Positions 38,320-50,705 of a stretch of 64,000 nt of DNA are shown here, in pieces. The position numbers were made by a program, and so were the translations under genes. The notes beneath the pieces are model-generated. The model was not told the origin of the DNA and did not search any database. It was given only the letters and a program-made list of their open reading frames with translations. Location of the stretch: positions 31,839-95,838 of the forward strand of contig JAZNKB010000008.1 of the NCBI GenBank assembly GCA_045578345.1, read 5' to 3'. This DNA comes from Candidatus Onthoplasma sp. GTDB lineage: Bacteria; Bacillota; Clostridia; Christensenellales; UBA1242. Numbering within the stretch: position 1 is the stretch's first letter; every line of letters begins with the position of its first letter.

Positions 38320-38348
38320 TTGTAAAATTTTAAGTTTTGTGCTATAAT
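38320..38348 (+). promoter_or_regulatory. sigmaA-type promoter (TTGTAA-17-TGcTATAAT) ending 7 nt before the holB ATG
   Basis: Read directly from the sequence. No SD between the -10 element and the ATG at 38355. Confidence 0.45.
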
Positions 38349-38354
38349 ATCTCC

Positions 38355-39281
38355 ATGATTGAAACATTGAGAGATACAAACCTATTTAAATCATTAAATT
38401 TAAGCAAAAATTCACATCACGCATACTTATTTTATTCCCTTGACAAAGAATTAAATAACAACATTGCTCTTTTGTTTGCAAAATCACTTTTATGTGACAA
38501 TAAAATTGGTTGCAATTCGTGTCCTGCGTGCAAACAATTTGAAACTTATTCACATCCAGACTACATTAAGCTTGATCAAAATGCAATTAAAGTTGATGAC
38601 ATAAATAACTTAATTGATAAATTAAACACTTTACCAATTTCAAGTTCTCATAAGATTTTTGTTATTTTAAATGCTGAAACAATAAATGAAATTTCTCAAA
38701 ATAAACTCTTAAAATCATTAGAAGAACCTAATCTATCTAACATTTTTATTTTAACAACCAGCAAAATGGATAAACTTCTACCAACAGTATTAAGTCGTTT
38801 AAACAAAATTAACATTCCAAAATTAAACCAAGATGATTTGAAAACAATTCACAACGAATTAAAACAAAACAACATTGATATTTCAAAGTATATGTCAACT
38901 GATTTAAATTTAACTGAAATGTTAAATTTTGAAACTAATGAAAACTATCAAAAAACAATTAATGCAATAAAATATATTTTTGAAAATTTAAAATCTTCTC
39001 AAAACATTCCTAAAATTGCAAGTTCTCTTCCTGAATATGACAAAAATTTAATTCTTCCAATTTTGCAAAAATTATTTTTAAGTTGCATCAACAATCAAAT
39101 GGTTTTTGATAATTATCTTACAACTTTAATAAAAACAAATTACCCAACTCAAGCTCTAATAAATTCATTACCTCACATTGAAAATTCATATAAAAAACAA
39201 ATGTCAAATGTTAATCTTGGATACATTTTGGACAACTTACTATTTAATATTTTAAAGGAGAAATTTTTATGCAAACAATAG
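38355..39281 (+). CDS. holB: DNA polymerase III delta' subunit
   Basis: HAYLF, Zn module CNSCPACKQF, HPDY and KSLEEP motifs. Synteny with yaaT. Confidence 0.85.
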   Translation: MIETLRDTNLFKSLNLSKNSHHAYLFYSLDKELNNNIALLFAKSLLCDNKIGCNSCPACKQFETYSHPDYIKLDQNAIKVDDINNLIDKLNTLPISSSHKIFVILNAETINEISQNKLLKSLEEPNLSNIFILTTSKMDKLLPTVLSRLNKINIPKLNQDDLKTIHNELKQNNIDISKYMSTDLNLTEMLNFETNENYQKTINAIKYIFENLKSSQNIPKIASSLPEYDKNLILPILQKLFLSCINNQMVFDNYLTTLIKTNYPTQALINSLPHIENSYKKQMSNVNLGYILDNLLFNILKEKFLCKQ

Positions 39282-40057
39282 AACTTAATCTTATCAATTT
39301 ACCACAAACAGTATATGCATTGAAAAACAATGATGATTACAATATTAACGATATTGTTATTGTTTCAACAAATGGATCTCTTGATATTGCAACAATTAAA
39401 AACTTCACCGATGTTAAAGCTGATGTTGAATATTGTGAAATTGTTAGAATTGCTTCACAAGAAGACAGAAAACAAAATTGCGAAAATTGCAAATATGCTC
39501 GTTCATTGTTACCTGAGATTAAACAAGAAGCAAGCAAACTTAATCTCAACATGAAAATAGGTTTTATTTCTGTAAGCCTTGATAAAAGCAAAATAAATGT
39601 TAACTACACCGCCGATGAGCGTGTTGACTTTAGAGAATTAATCAAAGTTCTTGGTTCAAAATTTAAGGCAAGAATTGAAATGCGTCAAATTGGAAACAGA
39701 GATGAAACAAAACAAGTCGGAGCAATTGGCGTTTGTGGACGTGTTACTTGTTGCAAATCGTTCTTAAATGATTTTGATAAAGTAAGTATCAAAATGGCAA
39801 AGAATCAAAACATTTCTCTCAATCCAACTAAAATTAATGGAATGTGTGGACGTCTCCTCTGCTGTTTTAAATTCGAAGATGAATATTACGCTGAAATGCA
39901 AAAGAAAATGCCAAAAGAAAATTCTTATGTAAACACACCTGACGGAAAAGGCTTGGTTACTGGAAGAGATTTCTTAAAAGAGACTGTAACGGTAACCTTC
40001 ACAAAAGATGATACTACCGAAATTAAAATTTATGATTTAAAAGATATTCAAAAGTAA
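39269..40057 (+). CDS. ricT: PSP1-domain protein YaaT/RicT (stage 0 sporulation protein)
   Basis: PSP1 C-terminal region with Cys motifs (GVCGRVTCC, CGRLLCC). Follows holB, as in Bacillus. Confidence 0.85.
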   Translation: MQTIELNLINLPQTVYALKNNDDYNINDIVIVSTNGSLDIATIKNFTDVKADVEYCEIVRIASQEDRKQNCENCKYARSLLPEIKQEASKLNLNMKIGFISVSLDKSKINVNYTADERVDFRELIKVLGSKFKARIEMRQIGNRDETKQVGAIGVCGRVTCCKSFLNDFDKVSIKMAKNQNISLNPTKINGMCGRLLCCFKFEDEYYAEMQKKMPKENSYVNTPDGKGLVTGRDFLKETVTVTFTKDDTTEIKIYDLKDIQK

Positions 40058-40063
40058 TTACAT

Positions 40064-40768
40064 ATGAAAAAAATTGATAATTTTAAATTAGAGCATTTCG
40101 ACATCCTCACTCCAAATAAGGACGGACGAAATGAAATCTCTATTTACCAATCTGATAATTATTATAAGTTTACGCAAGATGCAATTATGCTTGCTAAATT
40201 TTGCAATATCAAACATAGTGATGATGTTTTGGAACTTTGTGCTGGAAGCGGCGTCATAAGTTTTTATGCATATTCTCTTTGCCCATATAATCATTTGTAT
40301 TTCAATGAAATTCAACCTGAAATGTGTGAAATAATTGAAGAAAACATTGCTTTCAATGGTTTTAAACGCCGTAGTAAAATATTTAATTGTAATCTTAAAG
40401 AACTTAAATCATCCGATTTTAAAAAACATCTTGATGTAATTATTTGCAATCCACCATACTTCAAAGTTAATCCAAACAATAAAATAAACGAGAAATATGA
40501 AATTGCAATATCTCGCCATGAGATTGAAGCAACTTTGGAAGATATCATTTCAAAATCAAGCGAACTTTTGAAGGATAAAGGAAGATTATACATGGTTCAT
40601 CTTGCTTCTCGCTCAACTGAAGTTATTTCCACATGCTCTAAATATCATTTGGAAGTTAAAAGGATGAAGTTTATTTTCAATGGCGAAAAAGAAGCATATT
40701 TAGTTCTAATTGAAGCAATTAAAAATGCAAAACCAGGTGTTAGAATAACAAAAAACAAGGAAGAATAA
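40064..40768 (+). CDS. SAM-dependent methyltransferase, YabB/TrmN6-like
   Basis: SAM motif LELCAGSG and the NPPY motif (ICNPPYF). Confidence 0.75.
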   Translation: MKKIDNFKLEHFDILTPNKDGRNEISIYQSDNYYKFTQDAIMLAKFCNIKHSDDVLELCAGSGVISFYAYSLCPYNHLYFNEIQPEMCEIIEENIAFNGFKRRSKIFNCNLKELKSSDFKKHLDVIICNPPYFKVNPNNKINEKYEIAISRHEIEATLEDIISKSSELLKDKGRLYMVHLASRSTEVISTCSKYHLEVKRMKFIFNGEKEAYLVLIEAIKNAKPGVRITKNKEE

Positions 40769-40797
40769 AATCCCTTGTTTTTTCGTAAGTTTTTAAT

Positions 40798-41208
40798 TTA
40801 AATAATTTCTAAAATGCTAGTCAATGTGTCAATTGAAATGGTTTTGAAATTACCATCAGCGTCTATAACAGCATCTGCTATATTTCCGTTTTCATCTCTA
40901 TATTTAATAAGTATTAATTGTATTTTATCAATTTCTTTATATTTAATATCCGCAATTTCAAGCGTATTAATCTCTTGATCTTCATCGCTATAATATTGTG
41001 GAACATCTTCATTGTAATATAACATTGATCCAAACTCATTTTTATAGATAATAGCAGATTTGATGATATAATATTTTGAGCATGTAATTACTGTATCGCT
41101 ATTTTTGTGATAGATACGGAAAAATTTATCATTTTTGTTCTTTTTCGTTATGACATAAAACTCACTTTCATGTTTAATTTCACAATCCTCTAATTGTTTT
41201 TTCTTCAT
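40798..41208 (-). CDS. hypothetical protein (136 aa)
   Basis: Has a GGAGG RBS; no motif recognised. Confidence 0.5.
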   Translation of the reverse strand: MKKKQLEDCEIKHESEFYVITKKNKNDKFFRIYHKNSDTVITCSKYYIIKSAIIYKNEFGSMLYYNEDVPQYYSDEDQEINTLEIADIKYKEIDKIQLILIKYRDENGNIADAVIDADGNFKTISIDTLTSILEII

Positions 41209-41328
41209 TTTGTTTCCTCCAAATTTAACTATATTTTACACCAAAATATAAATTTGTCAATACCCAACACAAAACTTTACATTTATTTCAAAATGAACTA
41301 TAATACTTAATAAATAAAAGGAATTTTT

Positions 41329-41661
41329 ATGATAGGAAATTATAAGATTATAACTTTATGTGGCTCTACCAAATTTAAAGATGATTTCATGCGAGTTCAA
41401 AAAGAACTAACACTTCAAGGAAATATTGTTATCTCTGTTGGATTATTTGGTCATTCCGGTGATAATGAAGTTTGGGAAAACATGAGCGAAGGTGAATTAA
41501 CAAAAACAAAAATCATGCTTGATGACATGCATAAAAGAAAAATTGATTTGGCTGATGAAATTTTTGATATAAACAAAAATGGATATATTGGAGAAAGCAC
41601 AAAATCAGAAATTGAATACGCAATTAAAACAAACAAAAAAGTAAACTATATGGAATATTAA
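41329..41661 (+). CDS. small hypothetical protein (110 aa), possibly nucleoside 2-deoxyribosyltransferase-like fold
   Basis: ITLCGSTKF...GNIVISVG...IGESTKSEIEYA pattern. This assignment comes from memory only. Confidence 0.35.
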   Translation: MIGNYKIITLCGSTKFKDDFMRVQKELTLQGNIVISVGLFGHSGDNEVWENMSEGELTKTKIMLDDMHKRKIDLADEIFDINKNGYIGESTKSEIEYAIKTNKKVNYMEY

Positions 41662-41829
41662 TTTAAATTAAAAAAATATTTTATTCGCAACTACAAAAAT
41701 ATTCACAAATTGATATCTTTTAATATATTCACTATCAACACCAAAAATTAATACAATTAATATAAACTTTACTTTCTTTATAGTTTTATGTACAATGAAT
41801 ATATATTAAAAAAACATTGAGGAGTTATT

Positions 41830-42633
41830 GTGTTATACTTCGTTTCAACACCAATTGGAAATCTTGACGACATCTCATTTAGAGCTGTGAATATTTTGCG
41901 ATCTGTTGATGTTATTGCTTGTGAAGATACTAGACATAGCAAAATCTTATTAGACCATTATGAAATCACAGCAAAAACTATCGCATATCATAAATTTAAC
42001 GAAACAAATTCAGCTGAAGGAATAATTTCACTTTTAAAAGAAGGCAAAAATGTTGCTGTAATTTCAGATGCAGGTATGCCAATAATAAGTGATCCTGGGA
42101 ATATTTTAGCAAAAAAACTTATTGAAAATAACATAAAATTCACAATTATTCCAGGCGCAAATGCTGGTCTTTGTGCTCTCGTTTTGTCTGGTTTCGATGC
42201 AACTAAATTTGCTTTTTTTGGATTCTTAAGTGAAAAGAACAAAGAACTAAAAACTCAACTTAATGATATTAAAAATTTCAATGGAACTAAAATTGTTTAC
42301 TCTTCAAAGTACAACTTAAATAAGGATTTAAAATCTTTATTTAATGCTTTAGGTGATGTTAACATTGCAATTGTAAGTGAAATCACTAAAATGCATGAAA
42401 ACGTAACTTTTGCAACTCTTCCTTTTGAACTAAATGATCCCAAAGGTGAATTTGTTGTAATTATTGAAAATAAAGAACAGGAAAAAACTGAAATAACTGA
42501 CGATATTTTGCTTACTGAAATGAAAGATCTATTAAAAGAAAATGACAAACAAACGGTTTTTAAGACTCTTAAAGAAAAATATAATTTAACCAAATCTTAT
42601 ATCTACAATTTATATGAAAAAAACAAGGATTAG
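41830..42633 (+). CDS. rsmI: 16S rRNA (cytidine1402-2'-O)-methyltransferase RsmI
   Basis: LYFVSTPIGNLDDIS...ACEDTRHS motif. GTG start with a GAGGAG RBS. Confidence 0.92.
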   Translation: MLYFVSTPIGNLDDISFRAVNILRSVDVIACEDTRHSKILLDHYEITAKTIAYHKFNETNSAEGIISLLKEGKNVAVISDAGMPIISDPGNILAKKLIENNIKFTIIPGANAGLCALVLSGFDATKFAFFGFLSEKNKELKTQLNDIKNFNGTKIVYSSKYNLNKDLKSLFNALGDVNIAIVSEITKMHENVTFATLPFELNDPKGEFVVIIENKEQEKTEITDDILLTEMKDLLKENDKQTVFKTLKEKYNLTKSYIYNLYEKNKD

Positions 42634-42650
42634 ACCTTGTTTTTTATTTA

Positions 42651-43388
42651 TTATTCTTGAGTTTCAACTAGTTGATCTTGAACTTCATTATCAAGATCCA
42701 TATTTTCAATAAGATCTTTTCTAACAAATTTGCCATCGATTCTTTTAAATTTATCTTTGAATAATTTACAAATTCTAAAATTACATTTTGGTCCAAATTG
42801 TATATCTTTAATTTCTTCAACAGCTCCTGTATCTTTTAAACAATTTGTGTTCAAATAAAGAGTTCGGATTTTCCTTATGTTTTTTAATGAGGTTGCTTTA
42901 CACTTTCTTTCATCATCATCAATACATAATGTACCATCTACAATTTGTAGATTACCAAAGTCCTCTAAATTTAAATTGGAAAGATATAAATTTGAACCTA
43001 TATATTCCACATTATTTAATGATTTAATATTTTCATTTAATGTAATTGAACCATAAATTTTTCTAACATTTTCTAAGCTTTTGATTTTAGAATTTTTAAG
43101 ATTAATCCCCAAATAAATAGGCTGATGGTTAATATCTGTGATAGGTCCAAAAGCATCTCTAAACTTTTTGCCATAAACAATTTCTAAATTACCTAAACTT
43201 GTAACAGACGAATTTTCAAAGTTTGCAAAACCTAAAATCACTTTATATGGACAAACGGTATCATTTGTTTGATTTGCAATATAATCATCCAAACAAATTT
43301 CTTCTGGCTTACAATTAAATTTTTTACATAATTCTTCAACTGACATTTTTTTAATTTTATCAATCTTCTCAGATAATTTTACGTTCAT
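42651..43388 (-). CDS. leucine-rich-repeat-like cytoplasmic protein (hypothetical)
   Basis: Repeated xSLxNxxxIxG(S/N)L units and no signal peptide. ATG at 43388 with an AAGGAG RBS. Confidence 0.5.
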   Translation of the reverse strand: MNVKLSEKIDKIKKMSVEELCKKFNCKPEEICLDDYIANQTNDTVCPYKVILGFANFENSSVTSLGNLEIVYGKKFRDAFGPITDINHQPIYLGINLKNSKIKSLENVRKIYGSITLNENIKSLNNVEYIGSNLYLSNLNLEDFGNLQIVDGTLCIDDDERKCKATSLKNIRKIRTLYLNTNCLKDTGAVEEIKDIQFGPKCNFRICKLFKDKFKRIDGKFVRKDLIENMDLDNEVQDQLVETQE

Positions 43389-43495
43389 AATATCTCCTTT
43401 AATTCCCTCATGTATATCTTTATATGCAACTGAATAATACCACACAAATTTCACCTTGTCAATAGTGAAAATTAAAAAAGAACTCAATAGGAGTT

Positions 43496-43846
43496 CTATA
43501 ATTTAATATTGTTTTCTTTTTCTTGAATTTTTGAATACACAATATTTTCAAAAGTTTTGTGGTTACATTTTATTGTGTTATCGTCCAAAAAATTTAATTC
43601 CAATTCACTATTGTTGTACCCACCAACAGTTTGAGCTCTATCAATAACTATAATAGGCATATTATTAATGTTGAATCTATAATAAGCACCAGCAAATTCC
43701 CAAATTTTATTCTTTCCTGGATTCATAACTTCACTATTTAACGCAATATCCACAAGTTCATCTAAAGAGAGAACTTCTAAGCAAGTTCCACAAACCAACT
43801 CTTCGTATTTTTCTTTACTTAATTCTTTTCCAATGCTAAGTTCCAT
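43496..43846 (-). CDS. hypothetical protein (116 aa)
   Basis: AGGAG RBS. Its start overlaps the upstream stop (TAATG). Confidence 0.5.
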   Translation of the reverse strand: MELSIGKELSKEKYEELVCGTCLEVLSLDELVDIALNSEVMNPGKNKIWEFAGAYYRFNINNMPIIVIDRAQTVGGYNNSELELNFLDDNTIKCNHKTFENIVYSKIQEKENNIKL

Positions 43847-44211
43847 TACAAATTATCTCCTAAATATTGCGTATTTCTATCGATTTCATTAAGTCTATCT
43901 ATCATTTCTTTTGAAAGTTGTTTCATTGGTTTTGGTTCTTCCATAACATATATATCAGCTTTTAAAACATCTTTAACAGCAACATATAAACCTGCACTTT
44001 TAGTTAAATATCCTGTGCCTCGTAAAGTTTCTAACGTTTCGCGTACAATATGTTCAATTTGTTCTTCATCACCTTCATCTAATACTTCTGTATTCTTAAT
44101 GCAATATTTTGTAATAGCTTTAACAGTGAAAGGCAATAAACCTTTAAAACTAGCAATATAATCAACAACCATATTGCAATAATCTTGCGGAACTAATTCA
44201 TTTCGTGCCAT
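43846..44211 (-). CDS. small hypothetical protein, paralog of 10330-10686
   Basis: Collinear similarity to the 10330-10686 product; AAGGAG RBS. Confidence 0.6.
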   Translation of the reverse strand: MARNELVPQDYCNMVVDYIASFKGLLPFTVKAITKYCIKNTEVLDEGDEEQIEHIVRETLETLRGTGYLTKSAGLYVAVKDVLKADIYVMEEPKPMKQLSKEMIDRLNEIDRNTQYLGDNL

Positions 44212-44220
44212 AATTTCTCC

Positions 44221-44508
44221 TTATAAACTATTTATATTCTCATTTTCATCATAAACAAAATAATCTAAATGTTTTACTTGTGAATATTTATGATTATCAA
44301 ATTTTTCCAAGCATTCTTTTTCTGTTAAATATTCTAAGCAATATTTAATAACAGAATGTATTTCTTTTTTATCTAATTCTGGATACAATTTAGTACAAAA
44401 ATGCGTTACCATCTTTGCATTGAAAAATAATTTACCTTCGTGCGTTCCATCTATATATTTCTTAATCGCCTCAACACCATCTTTATTTGTGAATACTTTT
44501 TTCTTCAT
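44221..44508 (-). CDS. small hypothetical protein (95 aa), distant member of the same family
   Basis: Similar size and spacing (AIKKYI...VTHFCTK...IKYCLEYL); AAGGAG RBS. Confidence 0.5.
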   Translation of the reverse strand: MKKKVFTNKDGVEAIKKYIDGTHEGKLFFNAKMVTHFCTKLYPELDKKEIHSVIKYCLEYLTEKECLEKFDNHKYSQVKHLDYFVYDENENINSL

Positions 44509-44529
44509 AATATCTCCTTATCTAGTTGT

Positions 44530-44558
44530 ATTATATCATACCATATCTATTTTGTAAA
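44530..44558 (-). promoter_or_regulatory. sigmaA-type promoter (TTTACA-17-TGaTATAAT) of the four-gene accessory operon
   Basis: Read on the minus strand. Confidence 0.55.
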
Positions 44559-44690
44559 TACCCCAAATATATTTCAATCAAAAACCTTATAGAAAAAGGA
44601 AAGGAAGCCATGAAGGGAAAACATGGGGTTTCCCTTCATAATGCATCGCAATAGTCTAAAAGTGCTTACGTTGCGATTTGAAATAAAAAA

Positions 44691-44720
44691 ATCGCAACTA
44701 GCCATAAGACTAATTGCGAT
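44691..44720 (-). terminator. rRNA operon terminator
   Basis: Stem atcgcaatta/tagttgcgat (one mismatch) followed by U7, directly after the 5S gene. Confidence 0.75.
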
Positions 44721-44725
44721 GCAGG

Positions 44726-44843
44726 TTGATGGCAACGATCTATTTTCTCGGGCCGTCTCCAGCCAAATATCGTCGACGTGTGAGAGCTTAACTGTTGTGT
44801 TCGGAATGGGAACAAGTGGATCCTCTCAGCTATAATCACCATC
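44726..44843 (-). rRNA. rrf: 5S ribosomal RNA
   Basis: Reverse complement contains CCCATTCCGAACACAACAGTTAAGCTC and complementary ends. Boundaries are accurate to about 5 nt. Confidence 0.9.
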
Positions 44844-44875
44844 ATGGTTCATTGAACATCAGCATTTGCTGATTT

Positions 44876-44895
44876 AGAACAATGACAACTGCATA
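44876..44895 (-). repeat. 3' half of the long-range stem bracketing 23S
   Basis: agaacaatgacaactgcata is the exact reverse complement of 48116-48135. Confidence 0.85.
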
Positions 44896-45078
44896 CTCCG
44901 CCAATTAACCTTTTGGCAAATTGCTATTCGCAATTATAGCCCTTATGGTTATTGTCTTCGTTCTATGAAGGAACACCTTAAAAAGTTTTTCCTTCATTAC
45001 TTCTTTTCCAAAGAAAAGGTGAACGATTTAAAACACAAATACTTTGTAATTCTACAAAAGAATCATTTCTCAAAAGGA

Positions 45079-48011
<2,933 letters not shown>

Positions 48012-48115
48012 GTCTTTTTGTTCCTTTGATAAATGTTCTTTGGCAAAATTACAAATTTGAAATTGAAATAATTGCTTAATGCAAATTACTTTCTCGTATT
48101 TGTATTTTTCAAAAA

Positions 48116-48135
48116 TATGCAGTTGTCATTGTTCT
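48116..48135 (-). repeat. 5' half of the long-range stem bracketing 23S
   Basis: Exact 20-nt complement of 44876-44895, about 105 nt upstream of the mature 23S 5' end. Confidence 0.85.
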
Positions 48136-48222
48136 CATACTATATAATTAAGAGACATAAGTCCCATTATATAGGCGCATTTGCAACTTCGCGATATGCG
48201 TTATTACATGTTGCGCATTGTT

Positions 48223-48251
48223 AATATAACACACTTCAAAACTTTTGTCAA
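48223..48251 (-). promoter_or_regulatory. rRNA promoter, proximal (TTGACA-17-TGtTATATT)
   Basis: Read on the minus strand. Confidence 0.55.
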
Positions 48252-48367
48252 CAGTTTTTTCAAAACTTTTTTAATTTTTTTTGAAAATTTTTAAAATTTC
48301 TTAAACTTTCGACAAATTCATGAAATTTTGTGTGTTTGTTACGCCCTTGCGGTGCGTAACTGAGCCT

Positions 48368-48396
48368 ATATTACACCATTTTTAAAATTAATGCAA
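48368..48396 (-). promoter_or_regulatory. rRNA promoter, distal (TTGCAT-17-TAATAT) with an upstream A/T-rich UP-like tract
   Basis: Read on the minus strand. Long A/T tracts lie at 48400-48450. Confidence 0.45.
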
Positions 48397-48551
48397 GTGT
48401 TTTTTATAAATTTTTTAAAAATTTTTTATTTTTTTTAAAAATGATATTTTTAGCACTTTCAGCCCTTTATTTAATAAGGTATTTATAATAAGCATATATA
48501 TTATATATTATTTATAGCAAATGAAAAAAGACATTGCAATTGTGATATCTT

Positions 48552-49070
48552 TTAATCTTCACTATTGTTTTTGTTGATGATTGATTGAACACCAGCAAAA
48601 ATGAGTAACACACAACCGATATATCTTGCTGATACATGATATTGTTCGGCGTCTTTACGAATTACACCGATTTTTTCAAGGAAAGACAAATGATGATAAA
48701 GTTTGCCTGTGGTGGAGAAATTAAGTTCTTCCATAAGTCCGCGTGCAGTTAAGCTTCTTTGAATTAACGTTTTAACAATGTTAATTCTATCTTCGCTTGA
48801 GAATGCGTCAATTACTTGAGCCATTTCAAACGAATTGGTTTCGAAAAGTTTTGAAATTTTAATCTTATCCGACCCAAAAGTTGAGCCCATGCTTCTATCT
48901 GGAGACTCGTACTTGCCAACATAAGCCATTCTACCATATTCCATATCTTTTGGATTTATTGTGACGTTCCCAAATTTTTCTCGTTTTTGATCTTGAGTGT
49001 CATCTTCCATTCTTTTGAGCCTATGCTCCACATCTTTAAGACGATTTAAAATTTCTTCCATCTCAGTCAT
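48552..49070 (-). CDS. ArsR-like winged-helix transcriptional regulator with an N-terminal coiled coil
   Basis: SSEDRINIVKTLIQRSLTARGLMEELNFSTTGKLYHHLSFLEKIGVIRK fits the ArsR/SmtB HTH pattern. Confidence 0.6.
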   Translation of the reverse strand: MTEMEEILNRLKDVEHRLKRMEDDTQDQKREKFGNVTINPKDMEYGRMAYVGKYESPDRSMGSTFGSDKIKISKLFETNSFEMAQVIDAFSSEDRINIVKTLIQRSLTARGLMEELNFSTTGKLYHHLSFLEKIGVIRKDAEQYHVSARYIGCVLLIFAGVQSIINKNNSED

Positions 49071-49170
49071 TTTATATTCCTCCTTGAATTATTACGTAAT
49101 TACATAATATCATAATATCATAAACATGTCAACAGTTATTAAAAAAGAAAAAAGACCTTGCTATAAGGTC

Positions 49171-49617
49171 TTAATCATAATCTCTTTTGTCTAAAACTCC
49201 AGCAATAAGCATTGCTTTAAGTTCTGGCGATAAGGATTTTATTTCTTCTGCAACATTTTTTGGTTTTTGAGACCTAGATCTTCTTCTTGGCATATAAGGC
49301 ATACTCATATCTTTAAAGTCGCTAGGAAGTTCTATTCTTTTGGGTTTTGATATGTCTTGTTTTTTTCTTTCAATATAGTTTTGAAAATCATCAGTTGAAA
49401 TTTCATTTGACACGATCGGTTTTTGAATCTCTTTAGGTCCTTCTTGAACAACTGGTTCTTTAGGTTTTTCTTCCTCTTTAAAATCTGCGAGGGTTTTAAT
49501 CGGTTCTTTAACCTTTTTTATTTTCTTTTTAAATTTGATTTTTGGAAAAACCATAATCAATGCAATAACAGGTATTGCACACAAAAGCGCTATTAAGAAA
49601 ATTTCAAATTTGGACAT
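49171..49617 (-). CDS. membrane-anchored Lys/Glu/Pro-rich hypothetical protein
   Basis: One N-terminal TM helix, then a charged tail. Lies downstream of floA. Confidence 0.5.
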   Translation of the reverse strand: MSKFEIFLIALLCAIPVIALIMVFPKIKFKKKIKKVKEPIKTLADFKEEEKPKEPVVQEGPKEIQKPIVSNEISTDDFQNYIERKKQDISKPKRIELPSDFKDMSMPYMPRRRSRSQKPKNVAEEIKSLSPELKAMLIAGVLDKRDYD

Positions 49618-49663
49618 ATTTTATCTCCTTTTAGAAAAAGCCCAACTTTCGTTAGGCTTTAGC

Positions 49664-50695
49664 TTAGAAACCACCACCGTGATTAGGTTTTCCTTCATCG
49701 TTAGGTTTTTCATCCTTTGATCCACTGATTGAGTTTCTCATTTTTGTGTCAGCAGCTATGTTTTGAAGTTTATAGTAATCCATAACACCAAACTTACCAT
49801 TTTTCATTGCTGTTGCCATTGCTTTATGAACTTCACTTTCTGCAGCAAGAACAATTGCTTTCATTTCTTGAGTTTTTGCTTTCATTTCTTGCTCTAAAGC
49901 AATTGCTTGAGCTTTTCTTTCTTCTGCTGCAGCTTGAGCAATTTTCTTTTTACTTTCTGCTTCTTCAATTTTGAGTTTTGCTCCAACATTATTTCCAACA
50001 TCAACATCACAAATATCGATTGACAAAATTTCATATGCTGTGTTTTTATCCAAATGGTCCGCTAAAATTGTTTTTGAAATAACTGATGGATTTGAAACAA
50101 TTTCAGAATGAGTGTTTGCTTTACCAATTGCAGTTACAACCCCTTCTCCAACACGTGCTAAAATAGTTTCAGTGTCTGCTGTTCCAATTTGACGGTCGAG
50201 TTTTGCCTTAAGAGTTACTTGAGCAATTGCTCTCACTTGAATTCCGTTTTTTGCTAAAGCTTCAATCCAGTTAGTTTTAATAACTTTTGGAGTTACACTT
50301 ATTTTAACAGCCTCTACAACATCACGACCAGCCAAGTCGATTGCTTTTGCCATCTCAAGTGGCAAATCCAATTTTGCGCTGTGAGCCGCAATTAATGCAT
50401 CTACAACTTTTTCAATGTCTCCACCAGCCATCAAGTGAGTTTCCAATTCTACAATTGGAATTTGCAATCCAGCTTTTTGAGATATGATATAAATATTTAC
50501 AAGTTTTTTATAATCAACTTTACGCATTTTCATGCCGATTAATCTCAACATTGAAACGTGAGCACCAGACGCAAGCGCCCTAAACCAAACATTTGTTGGC
50601 ACTAACACTAATATTCCAACAATTATTGCAACAACAACCGATAAAACAATTGTAAGAATTGCCCAAGTTGGCATTAACATCATTGAATTCAACAT
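49664..50695 (-). CDS. floA: flotillin-like protein FloA (UPF0365/YqfA family)
   Basis: LETHLMAGGDIEKVVDALIAAHSAKLDL...AIDLAGRDV matches the remembered YqfA core. AAGGAG RBS before the ATG at 50695. Confidence 0.88.
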   Translation of the reverse strand: MLNSMMLMPTWAILTIVLSVVVAIIVGILVLVPTNVWFRALASGAHVSMLRLIGMKMRKVDYKKLVNIYIISQKAGLQIPIVELETHLMAGGDIEKVVDALIAAHSAKLDLPLEMAKAIDLAGRDVVEAVKISVTPKVIKTNWIEALAKNGIQVRAIAQVTLKAKLDRQIGTADTETILARVGEGVVTAIGKANTHSEIVSNPSVISKTILADHLDKNTAYEILSIDICDVDVGNNVGAKLKIEEAESKKKIAQAAAEERKAQAIALEQEMKAKTQEMKAIVLAAESEVHKAMATAMKNGKFGVMDYYKLQNIAADTKMRNSISGSKDEKPNDEGKPNHGGGF

Positions 50696-50705
50696 ATTTT
50701 CTCCT

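Noticed and set aside
40748-42652. Similar terminators after the methyltransferase gene and rsmI (aaaaaacaagga...ccttgtttttt), each with the stop codon in the loop.
   Set aside because: The shared bases largely reflect Lys-Asn-Lys codons plus a generic stem. There is too little sequence to call a repeated element.
48480-48525. dif-like string (catatatattatatattat) resembling the central part of the Bacillus dif site.
   Set aside because: Only the A/T-rich core matches and the XerC/XerD arm sequences do not. Such strings are expected by chance in this composition.
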